DNA of 64,000 bases from an uncultured Chloroflexia bacterium (GCA_963749705.1 CAVVNQ010000004.1:96001-160000); one strand, 5' to 3'. Counted from the first letter of the stretch, positions 1 to 10,212 are shown. A program made the numbers and translations. The notes: generated by a model not told the origin, from the letters alone.

Positions 1-1947
1 CCCTTCGACTTCCTCGACCGTGGCTATTACGACTTCCGCCACCAGCTGCTGCGCGACGCCCTGTACGAGAGCGTGCCGGCCGCCGACCTGCGACGGATGC
101 ACGCGCGGGCCGGGGAGTTCGGCGCGCAGCTTGCGGGCGCCTCGGAGGTCCATGCATCCGTCCACTTCGAGCGAGCCGGCCTCAGGGCGCAGGCGTTCCG
201 CGCCGCCCTCGCCGGCGCGCGCGCGGCCGGAGCGATGACGAGCCGGCGCGAGTCATTCGAGCTGTACGCCAGGGCCGCGGCGAACATCCCCGAGGATCTC
301 CCGGCCCTCGAGCGCGCCGAGCTGTACGACGGCTACTTCGAGGCGGCCGCCGCGGTTGATGACGTCGCTGTGATGGTCGAGGCCGCCAGGCTGGCGCGCC
401 GCTGGTATGTCGAGGCCGGCCTGCCGGCCGGCGCGGCGGCTGCGCTGCTCAACGAGGCGGGCGTCGCGCGCCGGGACGTCCGGCCCGCGTCGGATCGCCT
501 GCGACTGCTCGACCAGGCCGAATCGGAGCTCCGCGAGCTGCCGGAATCGGCCGAGCGGGCGTCGCTCATGTCCGACCTCCGCCTGTTCCAGGCCCTCGTC
601 AGCCTTGACCGGGTCCAGCTCGACGAGGCCGCCTCGTTGATCGATGAGGCGCGATCGCTGTGGCTCGCGTCGGGGAACACCGACACGCGCGGCATCGACT
701 TCATCGCCGCGAGCGTGGACGTGCTGGCGGGGCAGGTCGACACCGGGCTCGCGACCATGCTCCGGATCGCGCGCGAGGCGCGCGACCTGCGCATGGAGAG
801 CACCGGTGTGACGGCGTACCGGTGGGCGGCCGCCGTCGCGATCCGGGTGATGGACTATCCGAGCGCGGAGGTCGGGCTTCGGGAGGGCCTGCGCTACGCG
901 GACGAGATCGAGCAGTCGTACTGTCGCCACGTGCTCGCGGCCACGTCGGCGCACGTTGCCTGGGCGCAGGGGCGATGGGACGATACGATCCCGGCCGCCG
1001 AGATCGAGATCGTCGAACCCGGCAGCCGCCGCGGCACGCTGGGCTCGCGTGACGCGCTCGGCTTCGTCGCGTTCGGTCGGGGGCAGGTGGATCGCGCCCG
1101 CGGCCTGTTCAACGCCTCGCTCGAGATCGGGCGCGCGACCGGCGAGGTCGAGCTGATCATGCCCGCGCTGTGGGGCATGGCCGAGACGGCGCTGGTGTCG
1201 GGCGAGCCGCAGGTCGCCATCGAGCGCTGCAGCGAGGCGCTGGAGCTGGCCGCCGCGACCGGCGAGCGGGCGCTGCTGATCCCGTTCCTGGTCACCGGCG
1301 TGCGAGCGCACCTCGCCGCTCGCCGACCCGAGGCCGCCGAGCGCTGGTCCGACCAGGTGCGGCCGATGCTCGCCGGATGGGGGCGGCGCGCGCAACCCGC
1401 CATCGACAACGCTGAGGGGTTGATCCGCCTTGCGGCGGGATCGACCGTGGCCGCCCGCACCGCGCTCGAGGCCGCGGTCGACGGCTGGGACGCCCTGGCC
1501 CGGATCTGGGAAGCGACGTGGGCCCGCCTCGACCTCGCTGCCTGCCTCCTGCGGGCCAACCGCCAGGCGGAGGCGATCCCGCTCATGCGCGACATCAAGG
1601 CGCTCGCCGAGCGCCTTGACAGCCCGCCGCTGCTCGCCCGGGCCGCGGAGCTGACCGACATCGCGCGCGGACGCGGCGGGGAGGAGGAACCGTGGCGGCC
1701 GCTGACGGCCCGGGAGTACGAGATCGCCCGGAGCGTCGCTGATGGCCTCACCAATGGCGAGATCGCGGGCCGGCTGGGCCTGTCGCCCAAGACCGTCAGC
1801 GCCCACGTCGAGCACATCCTGACCAAGCTCGGTGCCAGCCGGCGCTCCGAGATCGCCGCGTGGACCGTCGCGATCCGACCGGCGGCTGCCAGCGCCGCGG
1901 CACCGGCCACGTCGGTGACCGCGGCGGCAATCGGCGCCCGTCGCTGA
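1..1947 (+). CDS. Large ATP-binding LuxR-family (MalT/STAND-like) regulator; 5' end lies upstream of the window
   Basis: Frame is open from base 1 (PFDFLDRGYYDFRHQLLRDALY, matching DFRHALIRDALY in the paralog at 2803). Helical TPR-like middle. C-terminal LuxR HTH LTAREYEIARSVADGLTNGEIAGRLGLSPKTVSAHVEHILTKLG. Confidence 0.9.
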   Translation, partial: PFDFLDRGYYDFRHQLLRDALYESVPAADLRRMHARAGEFGAQLAGASEVHASVHFERAGLRAQAFRAALAGARAAGAMTSRRESFELYARAAANIPEDLPALERAELYDGYFEAAAAVDDVAVMVEAARLARRWYVEAGLPAGAAAALLNEAGVARRDVRPASDRLRLLDQAESELRELPESAERASLMSDLRLFQALVSLDRVQLDEAASLIDEARSLWLASGNTDTRGIDFIAASVDVLAGQVDTGLATMLRIAREARDLRMESTGVTAYRWAAAVAIRVMDYPSAEVGLREGLRYADEIEQSYCRHVLAATSAHVAWAQGRWDDTIPAAEIEIVEPGSRRGTLGSRDALGFVAFGRGQVDRARGLFNASLEIGRATGEVELIMPALWGMAETALVSGEPQVAIERCSEALELAAATGERALLIPFLVTGVRAHLAARRPEAAERWSDQVRPMLAGWGRRAQPAIDNAEGLIRLAAGSTVAARTALEAAVDGWDALARIWEATWARLDLAACLLRANRQAEAIPLMRDIKALAERLDSPPLLARAAELTDIARGRGGEEEPWRPLTAREYEIARSVADGLTNGEIAGRLGLSPKTVSAHVEHILTKLGASRRSEIAAWTVAIRPAAASAAAPATSVTAAAIGARR

Positions 1948-2040
1948 CTCTCTGTCCGGCGGCAGGATCCCGCGGGCATGGAACGGCCCCGGTCGCCCGC
2001 GACGGGAACGACCGGGGCCGGGGTGCCGGCGAAGTTGCGA

Positions 2041-2382
2041 CTACCCCTCGAAGGTGCTCAGGTTCGGATTGCAGGCGATGCCGGGGTTGAGCCCGATCAA
2101 CGTGAGCTGATCGCGGACCGCCTTGGGGATCTGGCCCCACGACTGGGCGTGACCCGGATCTCCCTTGGTTGCGACGGCCTTGAGCGTGGAGTCACTGTCA
2201 TCGGTGTACCACTGGAGGTCCTCCTGGCCCGAATAGGCGCAGTCGGATCGACCGTGGACATCCTTCAGCTGGCCGTTGCCGGTGATCTCGCCGGCCATCG
2301 CGGTGCCGGCAACCATGCTGAGGGCAAGGGCGGCGGTCGCGGCGGCGATGCCGAGCCTCGATGCGGTTCGGGTGTGCGTCAT
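2041..2382 (-). CDS. Small secreted hypothetical protein (113 aa, two Cys)
   Basis: ATG at 2382 with GGAGG RBS at 2393-2397. Sec-type signal MTHTRTASRLGIAAATAALALSMVAGTAMA|GEITGNG. Cys in GRSDCAYSG and PGIACNP. Confidence 0.8.
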   Translation of the reverse strand: MTHTRTASRLGIAAATAALALSMVAGTAMAGEITGNGQLKDVHGRSDCAYSGQEDLQWYTDDSDSTLKAVATKGDPGHAQSWGQIPKAVRDQLTLIGLNPGIACNPNLSTFEG

Positions 2383-2429
2383 TGAAATCGATCCTCCGTT
2401 GTCGTGGGAACTGTGTCGCGATCCAGGGT

Positions 2430-2678
2430 TCAGACCTCGACGCTGAGCTCGTAGACCTCGGGCGTGGGATGCCCCGCCTGCTCGTGGATCCGCATCACCG
2501 CCTCCTTCGAGGGGCCCGACGCGAGGCAGAACACCTTGCCCGCCTCGGGATCGAGCCACGCATGCTCGAAGTGCACGCCCTCCGTGTCCTCGATCGCGAG
2601 GTCGCGGTCGTGGGCCTCCTGGAGCTGCTCGCCGGTGACGCCGAAGAACCCTTCGTGCACATCCATGAACTTCGCCAT
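2430..2678 (-). CDS. DUF4242 / SCO4226-like putative nickel-binding protein (82 aa)
   Basis: MAKFMDVH...AHDRDLAIE...W.D...GKVFCL..GPSKEAV..IH..AGH pattern typical of this family; GGAGGTG RBS. Confidence 0.85.
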   Translation of the reverse strand: MAKFMDVHEGFFGVTGEQLQEAHDRDLAIEDTEGVHFEHAWLDPEAGKVFCLASGPSKEAVMRIHEQAGHPTPEVYELSVEV

Positions 2679-2746
2679 TTGCCACCTCCGGAATGTGGGA
2701 CGCCGGTCGTACCCTGCCCCGAGACTGGCTGATCGCGGCGAGTCCG

Positions 2747-2768
2747 TCATCGGTCGATCTACCGATGA
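2747..2768. promoter_or_regulatory. 22-bp near-perfect palindrome, candidate LuxR-type operator in the divergent intergenic region
   Basis: TCATCGGT-CGATCT-ACCGATGA, with 20 of 22 positions symmetric. Confidence 0.6.
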
Positions 2769-2802
2769 GGGGTCGCGAGATGCACGTAGACTCCACGGCG
2801 GG

Positions 2803-5775
2803 ATGGCGACGAACGAGCTCGTGATCTGCCCGGTCCTCGTGGGTCGCGACGACCTGCTGGCGCTGGCGGGCCGACGCCTGCGTGAAGCTGCCGCGTCGCG
2901 CGGCGGGTTGCTGTGCCTCGCCGGTGAAGCCGGGATCGGCAAGACGCGGCTGGCCGGGGCAATCGAGCGACGCGCCGTGTCGGCGGGCTTCGTGATCGCG
3001 AGAGGGATCGCCTACCCGCGTGACCTCGAGGTGGCCGGTGGCGTGTTCATCGACCTTGCGCGCTCCCTCGGCCGGATCCCCGGGCTCGACCGCGTCGGTG
3101 CGGCGCTGGGCGAGCTGCTCGGTGGGCCTGGCGACAGGGCGCCGACGGCGGGCGACGCGCATCGGCGGCGGCGCATCCTCATGCTGGACGTGGTCGATCT
3201 GCTCGCGGGTCTGCCGGCGCGGACGCCGGTGATGCTCACGCTCGAGGATCTCCACTGGGCGGACGACCTGACGCTGGAGATCGTCGGGGCGCTCGCGCGA
3301 CGGCTGCCGGAGCTGCCGCTCATGGTCCTCGCGACATACCGGAGCGACGAGCTGTACCCCCGCGTCCCGATGCGCGAGTGGCGCGCGCGGCTGCTGGCGG
3401 GGCGCCTCGCGGAGGAGACGCGCGTCAGCCGCCTGGATCGCGACGGGACGGCGTCCATGGCGACCCTGATCCTCGGAACCGGGCTGCCCGCGCCGCGAGA
3501 CCTGGTGATGTCGATCCACGAGCGCTCCGACGGCGTGCCACTGCACGTCGAGGAGCTCCTCGCGGTGGTGCGGGCGGCGGGTCCGGAAGCGATCGCGTCG
3601 ACGGTGGTCCCGGAAACGCTCGACGAGGCCATCCTGCTGCGAGCGGGGCGACTCTCCGTCCGGGCGCGCCGGGTGGCCGATGCCGCCGCCGTCATCGGCC
3701 GGTCGTTCGACGTGTCCCTCCTGGCGGGCGTCGTCGACCGCTCCGCGGACCAGCTGTCCGCACCGCTCCGGGAGCTCGAGACCGCGTACTTCGTGGCCGA
3801 GACGGCCGATGCGGGTCGCCTCGACTTTCGGCACGCGCTGATCCGCGACGCGCTGTACCGGCAGGTGCCGGCGCATGTGCGCCGTCGCCTGCACGGCCGC
3901 GTCGCCGACGCCGCGGCGACGGATCCACGGTTCGATGCCGCCTTCCGGTCGACCCACCTGGAGGAAGCCGGCCGCAGCGCCGAGGCCTTCGCGGCCGCGC
4001 TCGAGGGCGGGCGCCGCGCGGCCGCCATGTCCGCCCATCGCGAGGCGCTCGAGCTGCTCGAACGGGCGCGGCGGACCGCACCACCCGAGCTGCAGCCCCA
4101 GGACCGCGCTTCGATGCTCGCCGCGCTCGCCGACGAGGCGGCCGCCACCGACGCCAACGACAACGCCGACCGGAGCTACGAGGAGGCGATCGAGCTGCTG
4201 CGCCGCGTCGGTGATCTCCGGGCGGCATCGGCGCTCGTGCCGCGCCAGGTTGCCGTCCGACACCTGCTGGGCGACGACCTGCAGGCCCGGTCCGAGCGAC
4301 TGGAGGCCGCGGTCCGCGCACTGGAGGCGGTCCCCGACGACACCGCGACACGAGCCGTGCGCGCCAGGCTGCTGTCGGGGCTGGCGGCAGCCAACATGCT
4401 CGATCGCCGGCTCGAGACCGCGATCGCGTACGGCGAGGCGGGCCGTGAGCTGGCCATCGAGACCGGCGAGCAGGGCATCGAGCTGGACGTTGCCGCGACC
4501 GTCGGCTCGTGCCTGGTGTTCGCGGGGCGCATGGACGAGGGCTGGGCGCTGCTCGAGCGCGCGGTCGCCGAGGCCCGATCGGCGCACCGCGAGTCGGAGG
4601 CTGCCCGCGCGTACCGGATGATCGGCTCGTGCGCCTCGGTGCTCGTCGAGTACGGGCGCGCCGAACGCTGGCTCGGCGAGGGCATCGAGCTGGCAGAGCG
4701 CGTCGAGCTCTGGAACCATCGCCATTACATGGCCGCGCACCTCGGTCACGTACGCTGGGCGAGTGGCGCCTGGCCCGACGCCGAGCGGCTCGCGGCACAT
4801 GCCCTTGCCGACGGCCGGGGCGGCATCACGACCCGGATCACCGCGCTCCACGTGCTCGGCTACGTCAATGTCGGCCGCGGGCATCTCGACGATGCGCAAC
4901 GGATCCTCACGGAGGCGCTCGAGCTGGGCGAGCAGATGGCCGAGCTCCAGCGGATCTCGCCCGCCGTGTGGGGCCTGGCCGAGGCGGCGCTGCTCGCCGG
5001 CGATCCGCATCGCGCCATCGCCTGGTGCGAGAAGGGCGAAGCGGCCTCCGACGCCGTGGCCGACGCTGCCTACCTGTTCCCGTTCCTCGTCACGGGCGCG
5101 CGAGCGCATCTGGCGGCCGGCGATCCGGCCGCGGCGGCTGCCTGGACCACCCGGGTGTCCGCCGCCGTGGCCCATCGCGGGATCCCCGGCACCATGCCGG
5201 CGATCGACCATGCGCGCGGCCTGGTGGAGCTCGCAAACGGCGCCACGGGACGCGCACGTGCGTCGCTGGACATCGCGCGCCGCCAGTGGCACGAGCATCA
5301 ACGGACGTGGGAGGGATCCTGGGCGGCGCTCGACCTCGCGGTCGCGCTCGCGCGCTCCAACCTGCCGGGCGAGGCGCGGCGGATCGCGCTCGAGGCGGAG
5401 GGGATCGCCGACCAGCTGGACTCGGCGCCGCTGCGGCGGGCCGCAGCGGACCTGCTGGCCAGGCTGCGGTCACGCACCGGTCCGGTGCCTCCGTGGGCGC
5501 CGCTCACGGCACGCGAGTACACGGTCGCCCGGCTCATCGCGGCGGGGTCGACCAACAGCGAGATCGCGCTGGAGCTGGGCATCGCCCCGCGCACGGCCAC
5601 GTCGCACGTGGAGCACATCCTTGCCAAACTGGGGTTCACACGGCGGGCGGAGGTGGCGGCGTGGGTCGGCCGCACGGCGGCCGCACCGTCGATGCCCAGC
5701 GAGAACGCCGGTGGCGGTGCGTCGATGTCGCTCGTCGACACGCCACGCCGCCGGGCGACAGGGAGCGATCGATGA
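2803..5775 (+). CDS. Large ATP-binding LuxR-family (AAA_16 + TPR + HTH) regulator
   Basis: PVLVGRD start motif, Walker A GEAGIGKT, Walker B LEDLHWAD, C-terminal HTH LTAREYTVARLIAAGSTNSEIALELGIAPRTATSHVEHILAKLG. Confidence 0.92.
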   Translation: MATNELVICPVLVGRDDLLALAGRRLREAAASRGGLLCLAGEAGIGKTRLAGAIERRAVSAGFVIARGIAYPRDLEVAGGVFIDLARSLGRIPGLDRVGAALGELLGGPGDRAPTAGDAHRRRRILMLDVVDLLAGLPARTPVMLTLEDLHWADDLTLEIVGALARRLPELPLMVLATYRSDELYPRVPMREWRARLLAGRLAEETRVSRLDRDGTASMATLILGTGLPAPRDLVMSIHERSDGVPLHVEELLAVVRAAGPEAIASTVVPETLDEAILLRAGRLSVRARRVADAAAVIGRSFDVSLLAGVVDRSADQLSAPLRELETAYFVAETADAGRLDFRHALIRDALYRQVPAHVRRRLHGRVADAAATDPRFDAAFRSTHLEEAGRSAEAFAAALEGGRRAAAMSAHREALELLERARRTAPPELQPQDRASMLAALADEAAATDANDNADRSYEEAIELLRRVGDLRAASALVPRQVAVRHLLGDDLQARSERLEAAVRALEAVPDDTATRAVRARLLSGLAAANMLDRRLETAIAYGEAGRELAIETGEQGIELDVAATVGSCLVFAGRMDEGWALLERAVAEARSAHRESEAARAYRMIGSCASVLVEYGRAERWLGEGIELAERVELWNHRHYMAAHLGHVRWASGAWPDAERLAAHALADGRGGITTRITALHVLGYVNVGRGHLDDAQRILTEALELGEQMAELQRISPAVWGLAEAALLAGDPHRAIAWCEKGEAASDAVADAAYLFPFLVTGARAHLAAGDPAAAAAWTTRVSAAVAHRGIPGTMPAIDHARGLVELANGATGRARASLDIARRQWHEHQRTWEGSWAALDLAVALARSNLPGEARRIALEAEGIADQLDSAPLRRAAADLLARLRSRTGPVPPWAPLTAREYTVARLIAAGSTNSEIALELGIAPRTATSHVEHILAKLGFTRRAEVAAWVGRTAAAPSMPSENAGGGASMSLVDTPRRRATGSDR

Positions 5776-6674
5776 CGAGCCAATGGACCGGATCCTCGGG
5801 CGGCGTGGACTGGGTGCTGCGGCTCGACCGCGACCGGCTGCTGCCGGGGCGCCTCGTGGGCGGGCATGTGACGGTGGCCGCGCGGCGCGCGGTGGAGGCT
5901 CGCGGGCTGGTCGTGACGCTGCGCGGCGAGGAGCACTGGAAGTACCACGTCACGACGACGGACAGCGAGGGCCACAGCCACACGGAGACCCGCACCGGGC
6001 ACCAGGACCAGCCGCGCGTCCCGGTGCTCGCGGTGGCGCCCATCCGGCTCGCCGCGGGGGAGACCCGCGAGCTCGACATCCAGATCCCCGTCCCGGGTCT
6101 CGGCCCGGCCACGCTCGAAGCCGACGTCGCGGGCGTCTCCTGGGCCGTCGAGGCCAAGCTGGACATCGAGGGCGGACGCGACAGCTCGATCGAGGTGCCG
6201 GTGCGCATCCTCCAGCCGACCGCGCTGCTGCGCGCCGGCGTGGTCCACGTGGGCGAGTTCGCCCTGTTCGAGGCAGCGGACGCGCAGGCAGGCGGCGTCA
6301 CCGGCTCCATTCGCATCGACCCCGTCCCCCTGGTCCCGGGGGAGCCGTTCCGCGGCCAGCTCTCGCTGCGGCCTTCGTCGCCGATGCGACTCCAGGAGAT
6401 CCGGATGGAGCTCCGGGTGAGGGTCGAATCCACCGTCTCCGGCGGGTTCGACCAGACGCTCGTGCCCTGGTCGGCCGTCGTGGCACCCGCGATGGAGCTG
6501 GCGTCGGACCAGGTGGTCGAGGTCGCGGGGACCGTGCCGGATGTTGCCCTGCCCACGATCGAGCTGCCCCACGGGCGCGCCGCCGCCGAGCTGCACGTGA
6601 TCCTCGCGCGTGCCTGGGCGCGCGATCCACACCTCGTGCGGGACCTGGCGATCGCGACCACACGGGAGCTCTGA
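5772..6674 (+). CDS. Arrestin-fold / Spo0M-like protein (300 aa)
   Basis: ATGA overlap with the upstream stop. Two beta-rich repeats (LLPGRLVGGHVTV...LVVTLRGEE...PATL...VSWAVEAKLD; LVPGEPFRGQLSL...IRMELRVRVE...LPTI...LHVIL) resemble arrestin-N/Spo0M. Family recognised by eye. Confidence 0.6.
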   Translation: MTSQWTGSSGGVDWVLRLDRDRLLPGRLVGGHVTVAARRAVEARGLVVTLRGEEHWKYHVTTTDSEGHSHTETRTGHQDQPRVPVLAVAPIRLAAGETRELDIQIPVPGLGPATLEADVAGVSWAVEAKLDIEGGRDSSIEVPVRILQPTALLRAGVVHVGEFALFEAADAQAGGVTGSIRIDPVPLVPGEPFRGQLSLRPSSPMRLQEIRMELRVRVESTVSGGFDQTLVPWSAVVAPAMELASDQVVEVAGTVPDVALPTIELPHGRAAAELHVILARAWARDPHLVRDLAIATTREL

Positions 6675-6717
6675 CGCCGGCGCCCGCTCCCCCGCGGATG
6701 CGGCGGACGGGTGCCCG

Positions 6718-8136
6718 TCAGCCCTCGAGCCGGGACCTCGCCTCCGCCAGCGCCGCGGCAACGCGCGCCGGCGCCGTCCCACCGGTGACATCCGCGCTCG
6801 CCAGGGCTCCTTCGATCGTCGTCGCGGCGCGGAGCTGGGCCACGATCCCCTTCTGGCGACGGAGCCCCCGCGCGACCGGATCGTCGCTGCCGTCGAGCGC
6901 CGACCTGAACGCCTCGTCGGGCAGTGCCGCGAGCGTCGCAACTCCCTCGGCCTCGGCGCCCCCGACGAGCCCCCCGACGATGTGGTGGGCGGCACGGAAC
7001 GGGACCCCGCGCATGACCAGCGCGTCGGCAAGCGCGGTCGCCGTCGTGTAGCCCTCCTCCGCCGCGGCCTGCATTCGGGCCCGGTCGATGACGAGCGTCT
7101 CGATCAGCCCGGCCATCACCCCCAGCGACGCGTCGAGCGTCGACACGGCGGCGAACAGCGGCGGCTTGTCCTCCTGGAGGTCGCGCTGGTAGGCCAGCGG
7201 CAGCCCCTTGAGCAGCGTGAGCATGCCCGCCAGGGCGCCGATGACGCCGGCGGCGCGCCCGCGGACGAGCTCCGCCGGATCCGGGTTCTTCTTGTTGGGC
7301 ATCATCGACGACCCGGTCGAGAACGCGTCGGCGACGTGGACGAACCCGAACCGGGGGTTGGACCACCAGGTGATCTCCTCGGCCAGGCGGCTGAGGTGGA
7401 CCATCGCGAGGGCCACCGCTGCCAGCACCTCGACCACGAAGTCACGGTCGGACACGGCGTCGAGCGAGTTGGCCGTCACGCCGTCGAAGCCGAGCTCCGC
7501 GGCGGTGGTCTCGCGGTCGAGCGGGTATCCCGCGCCGGCCAGCGCACCGGCTCCCAGGGGCGAGACGTTGAGCCGGCGGCGGGCATCGAGGAGGCGGCCC
7601 CGGTCACGCTCGAGCATCTCGACGTAGGCCAGCAGGTGATGCGCGAGGAGCACCGGCTGGGCGGGCTGGATGTGGGTCGTGCCGGGCAGCACGGCGTCGC
7701 CCTCGCGCTCGGCGAGGTCCACCAGCGCCTGCTCCAGGCCGACGATCCCCGCGACGAGCCGGTCCACGGCACGCCGGGTCCACAGCCGGAGGTCGGTGGC
7801 GACCTGGTCGTTGCGCGAGCGTCCGGTATGCAGCTTGCCGCCCACGCTGCCGACGCGCTCGGTGAGCAGCGTCTCCAGGTTCATGTGGACGTCCTCGAGG
7901 GCCGGATCCCAGGCGATGGCTCCAGCTTCGACGTCCTCGCGCAGCCCGACCAGCCCGCGCTCGAGGACCGCGACCTCGTCCTCGGTCAGCAGCCCGGCGC
8001 GCCCGAGCCCGCGGACGTGCGCGATCGAGCCGGCGATGTCGTCCAGCGCGAGCACCGCATCGATCTCGATCGAGCGCGTGAACTCCGCCATCCGCGCGTC
8101 CGGCCCCTCGCCGAACCGACCGCCCCACAACTGCAT
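6718..8136 (-). CDS. argH: Argininosuccinate lyase
   Basis: MQLWGGRF, EDVH, HTGRSRNDQVATD, GSSMMPNKKNPD signature. Confidence 0.97.
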   Translation of the reverse strand: MQLWGGRFGEGPDARMAEFTRSIEIDAVLALDDIAGSIAHVRGLGRAGLLTEDEVAVLERGLVGLREDVEAGAIAWDPALEDVHMNLETLLTERVGSVGGKLHTGRSRNDQVATDLRLWTRRAVDRLVAGIVGLEQALVDLAEREGDAVLPGTTHIQPAQPVLLAHHLLAYVEMLERDRGRLLDARRRLNVSPLGAGALAGAGYPLDRETTAAELGFDGVTANSLDAVSDRDFVVEVLAAVALAMVHLSRLAEEITWWSNPRFGFVHVADAFSTGSSMMPNKKNPDPAELVRGRAAGVIGALAGMLTLLKGLPLAYQRDLQEDKPPLFAAVSTLDASLGVMAGLIETLVIDRARMQAAAEEGYTTATALADALVMRGVPFRAAHHIVGGLVGGAEAEGVATLAALPDEAFRSALDGSDDPVARGLRRQKGIVAQLRAATTIEGALASADVTGGTAPARVAAALAEARSRLEG

Positions 8137-8270
8137 GAAGCCTCCGTGCCGCGTAGGGAGCCATCGTACCGGGTGTCCATGGCGGGATCGGGCGGAACGC
8201 GGTCGCCGCGTGCCGCGGCCGGAGCGGTGCGACCGGGGCCACCGCGCGGTGGCCGCGGCCGATGGCGGCA

Positions 8271-8324
8271 AGGCTCAGCGCGCGGCCGACGGCGCGCGGC
8301 GAGGCTCAGCGCGCGGCCGACGGC
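8271..8324. repeat. 23-bp direct repeat duplicating the galT 3' end, including its stop codon
   Basis: AGGCTCAGCGCGCGGCCGACGGC at 8271-8293 and 8302-8324. Confidence 0.85.
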
Positions 8325-9364
8325 ACCACGGCGCGCAGGCGCTCGGCGGCCTCCTCGGCCGTCAGGTCCCGCTGCGGCTCGGCGAGCAGCTCGTAGCCGA
8401 CCATGAACTTGCGCACCGTGGCCCGCAGCAGCGGCGGGTAGAAGTGCGCGTGCACCTGCCAGTGCCCGGTCTCCGCGCTGCCGAACGGCGCCTGGTGCCA
8501 GCCCATCGAGTACGGGAACTGGCGCCCGAACAGCGCGTCGTAGCGGCGGGTGAGGTCCCGCAGCGCCGCCGCCAGCGCGTCGCGGTCCTCGTCGCCGACG
8601 TCGGCCAGCCGGGATGCCGGGAAGCGCGGGATGAGCAGCGTCTCGAACGGCCACGCGGCCCAGAACGGGACGACGGCCAGCCACGCCCCGTGGGCCGCGA
8701 CGACGCGCGGTCCGTCACGCTCGGCAGCCGCGTAGTCCGCGAGCAGGCGTCGTCCGTGGTCGGCGAGGTATCGCGACTGGGACTCGTCCTCGCGGGTCGC
8801 CTCCACCGGAAGCGCGTCGCCCGACCAGATCTGGCCGTGCGGGTGCGGGTTGGACGCGCCCATCGCCTCGCCCCGGTTCTCGAACACCTGGACCCACCGG
8901 TAGTCACGACCGAGCTCGGTCGTCTGCTCCGCCCAGACGTCGATGACGCCCCGGATCTCGGCCTCCGACATCCCCGCCAGGGTCAGGTCGTGACGCGGCG
9001 AGAAGCACACGACCCGGCACGTGCCACGCGTGCCCTGGGCACGGAACAGGCCGTCACCCAGGCGCACCGCCGACGTGTCCGGCCGGAGCGCGGCGAAGTC
9101 GTTGGTGAACACGAACGTGCGGTCGTAGGCCGGGTTGACCTCGCCGTTGACGCGGGTGTTGCCCGGACACAGGTAGCACTCCGGGTCGAATGCCGGCCGA
9201 TGCTCGGGCGGCTCCGGCTCCTCGGCGCCCAGCCACGGCCGGAGCGTCCGTCCCGCGGAGACCAGCACCCATTCGCCGGTCAGGGCGTTGAAACGGCGGT
9301 GGGGCTCGTCATCGAGCGCCCCGAGCGCCTCGTCGTCCGGCCTCGCAGCCGGGTCAGTTGGCAC
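8306..9364 (-). CDS. galT: Galactose-1-phosphate uridylyltransferase
   Basis: [40 protein letters not shown] (HPH catalytic motif), KFMVGYELL. Confidence 0.96.
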   Translation of the reverse strand: MPTDPAARPDDEALGALDDEPHRRFNALTGEWVLVSAGRTLRPWLGAEEPEPPEHRPAFDPECYLCPGNTRVNGEVNPAYDRTFVFTNDFAALRPDTSAVRLGDGLFRAQGTRGTCRVVCFSPRHDLTLAGMSEAEIRGVIDVWAEQTTELGRDYRWVQVFENRGEAMGASNPHPHGQIWSGDALPVEATREDESQSRYLADHGRRLLADYAAAERDGPRVVAAHGAWLAVVPFWAAWPFETLLIPRFPASRLADVGDEDRDALAAALRDLTRRYDALFGRQFPYSMGWHQAPFGSAETGHWQVHAHFYPPLLRATVRKFMVGYELLAEPQRDLTAEEAAERLRAVVPSAAR

Positions 9365-10212
9365 GGATCGACACCCCCATGGCCGAAAGCTCGTCGTCCG
9401 CGACCACTACGGCATCGGCTTCCTCCTGGGCGCCTTCGCCGGCATCGACGACGACGACCTCGGGGACCGCATCCCGGAGGATGCCCAGGGCCTCGTCCGT
9501 CCAGCCCACTGTCGGTAACCACGACATCCGCCTGGTCGAGACGCGCGATCGTCGCGATCCCGACGACCCCCCATTTCGCGTGATCCGCGACCACGATGAG
9601 CCGGCGGCTCGCGTCGATCAGCGCCCGGTCCGTCTCGGCCTCGCTCAGGTTGGGACACGTGAACCCGGCATGCGCATCCATCCCGTGGACGCCCATGAAC
9701 GCGAGATCGAGGTGGACGGTACGAATCTGGGCGACGGCGAACGGCCCGACCAGCGCCTCCGAGCGGGTGCGTACGCCGCCGGTGAGGATCACCGTCTGGT
9801 CGCGCCGCCCGGTGCGGTGCAGCACGTCCGCGACCCGGATGGAGTTGGTCACGATGGTCACGCCCGGCACCTCGGCGACCCTGCGCGCGAGCACGTGGGT
9901 GGTGGTCCCGGCCGAGATCGCGATCGACATGCCCGGCTCGACCAGCTCCACCGCGGCGGCGGCGATCGCCGACTTCTCTGCCTGCTGCAGCGAGGTCTTC
10001 GCGGTGAAGCCGGGCTCGTACGAGGCCAGCCCGGACAGCGCCGTCGCACCGCCGTGCACCTTCTCGAGCAGACCCTGCTCGTGGAGCACCTCGAGATCGC
10101 GACGAACCGTCATGTCGGAGACGTCGAGCTCCCGCGCGAGCTCGACCACGCGGACCGCGCCCGACGCGCGGACGCGATCGAGGATGAGTGCCTGACGCTG
10201 GCGGGCGAGCAT
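9354..10212 (-). CDS. DeoR/GlpR-family regulator with an apparent 1-nt frameshift near 9497
   Basis: [13 protein letters not shown]...KVHGGA and sensor motif ADHAKWG. Removing one C at 9497-9498 restores the tail [23 protein letters not shown]...RAN*, which overlaps the galT start. Confidence 0.88.

Noticed and set aside
2041-5301. 1086-aa minus-strand ORF and many other long antisense or alternate-frame ORFs
   Set aside because: Shadow ORFs caused by high GC content and codon bias; only the last 113 codons of this one have an RBS and a signal peptide.
1-5775. STAND NTPases as Avs-type anti-phage defence
   Set aside because: They end in LuxR HTH domains with no nuclease, TIR or SIR2 effector, so they are transcription regulators.
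8271-8324. Direct repeat as an attL/attR integration scar
   Set aside because: Copies are only 8 bp apart with no integrase or inserted cargo; simple local duplication.
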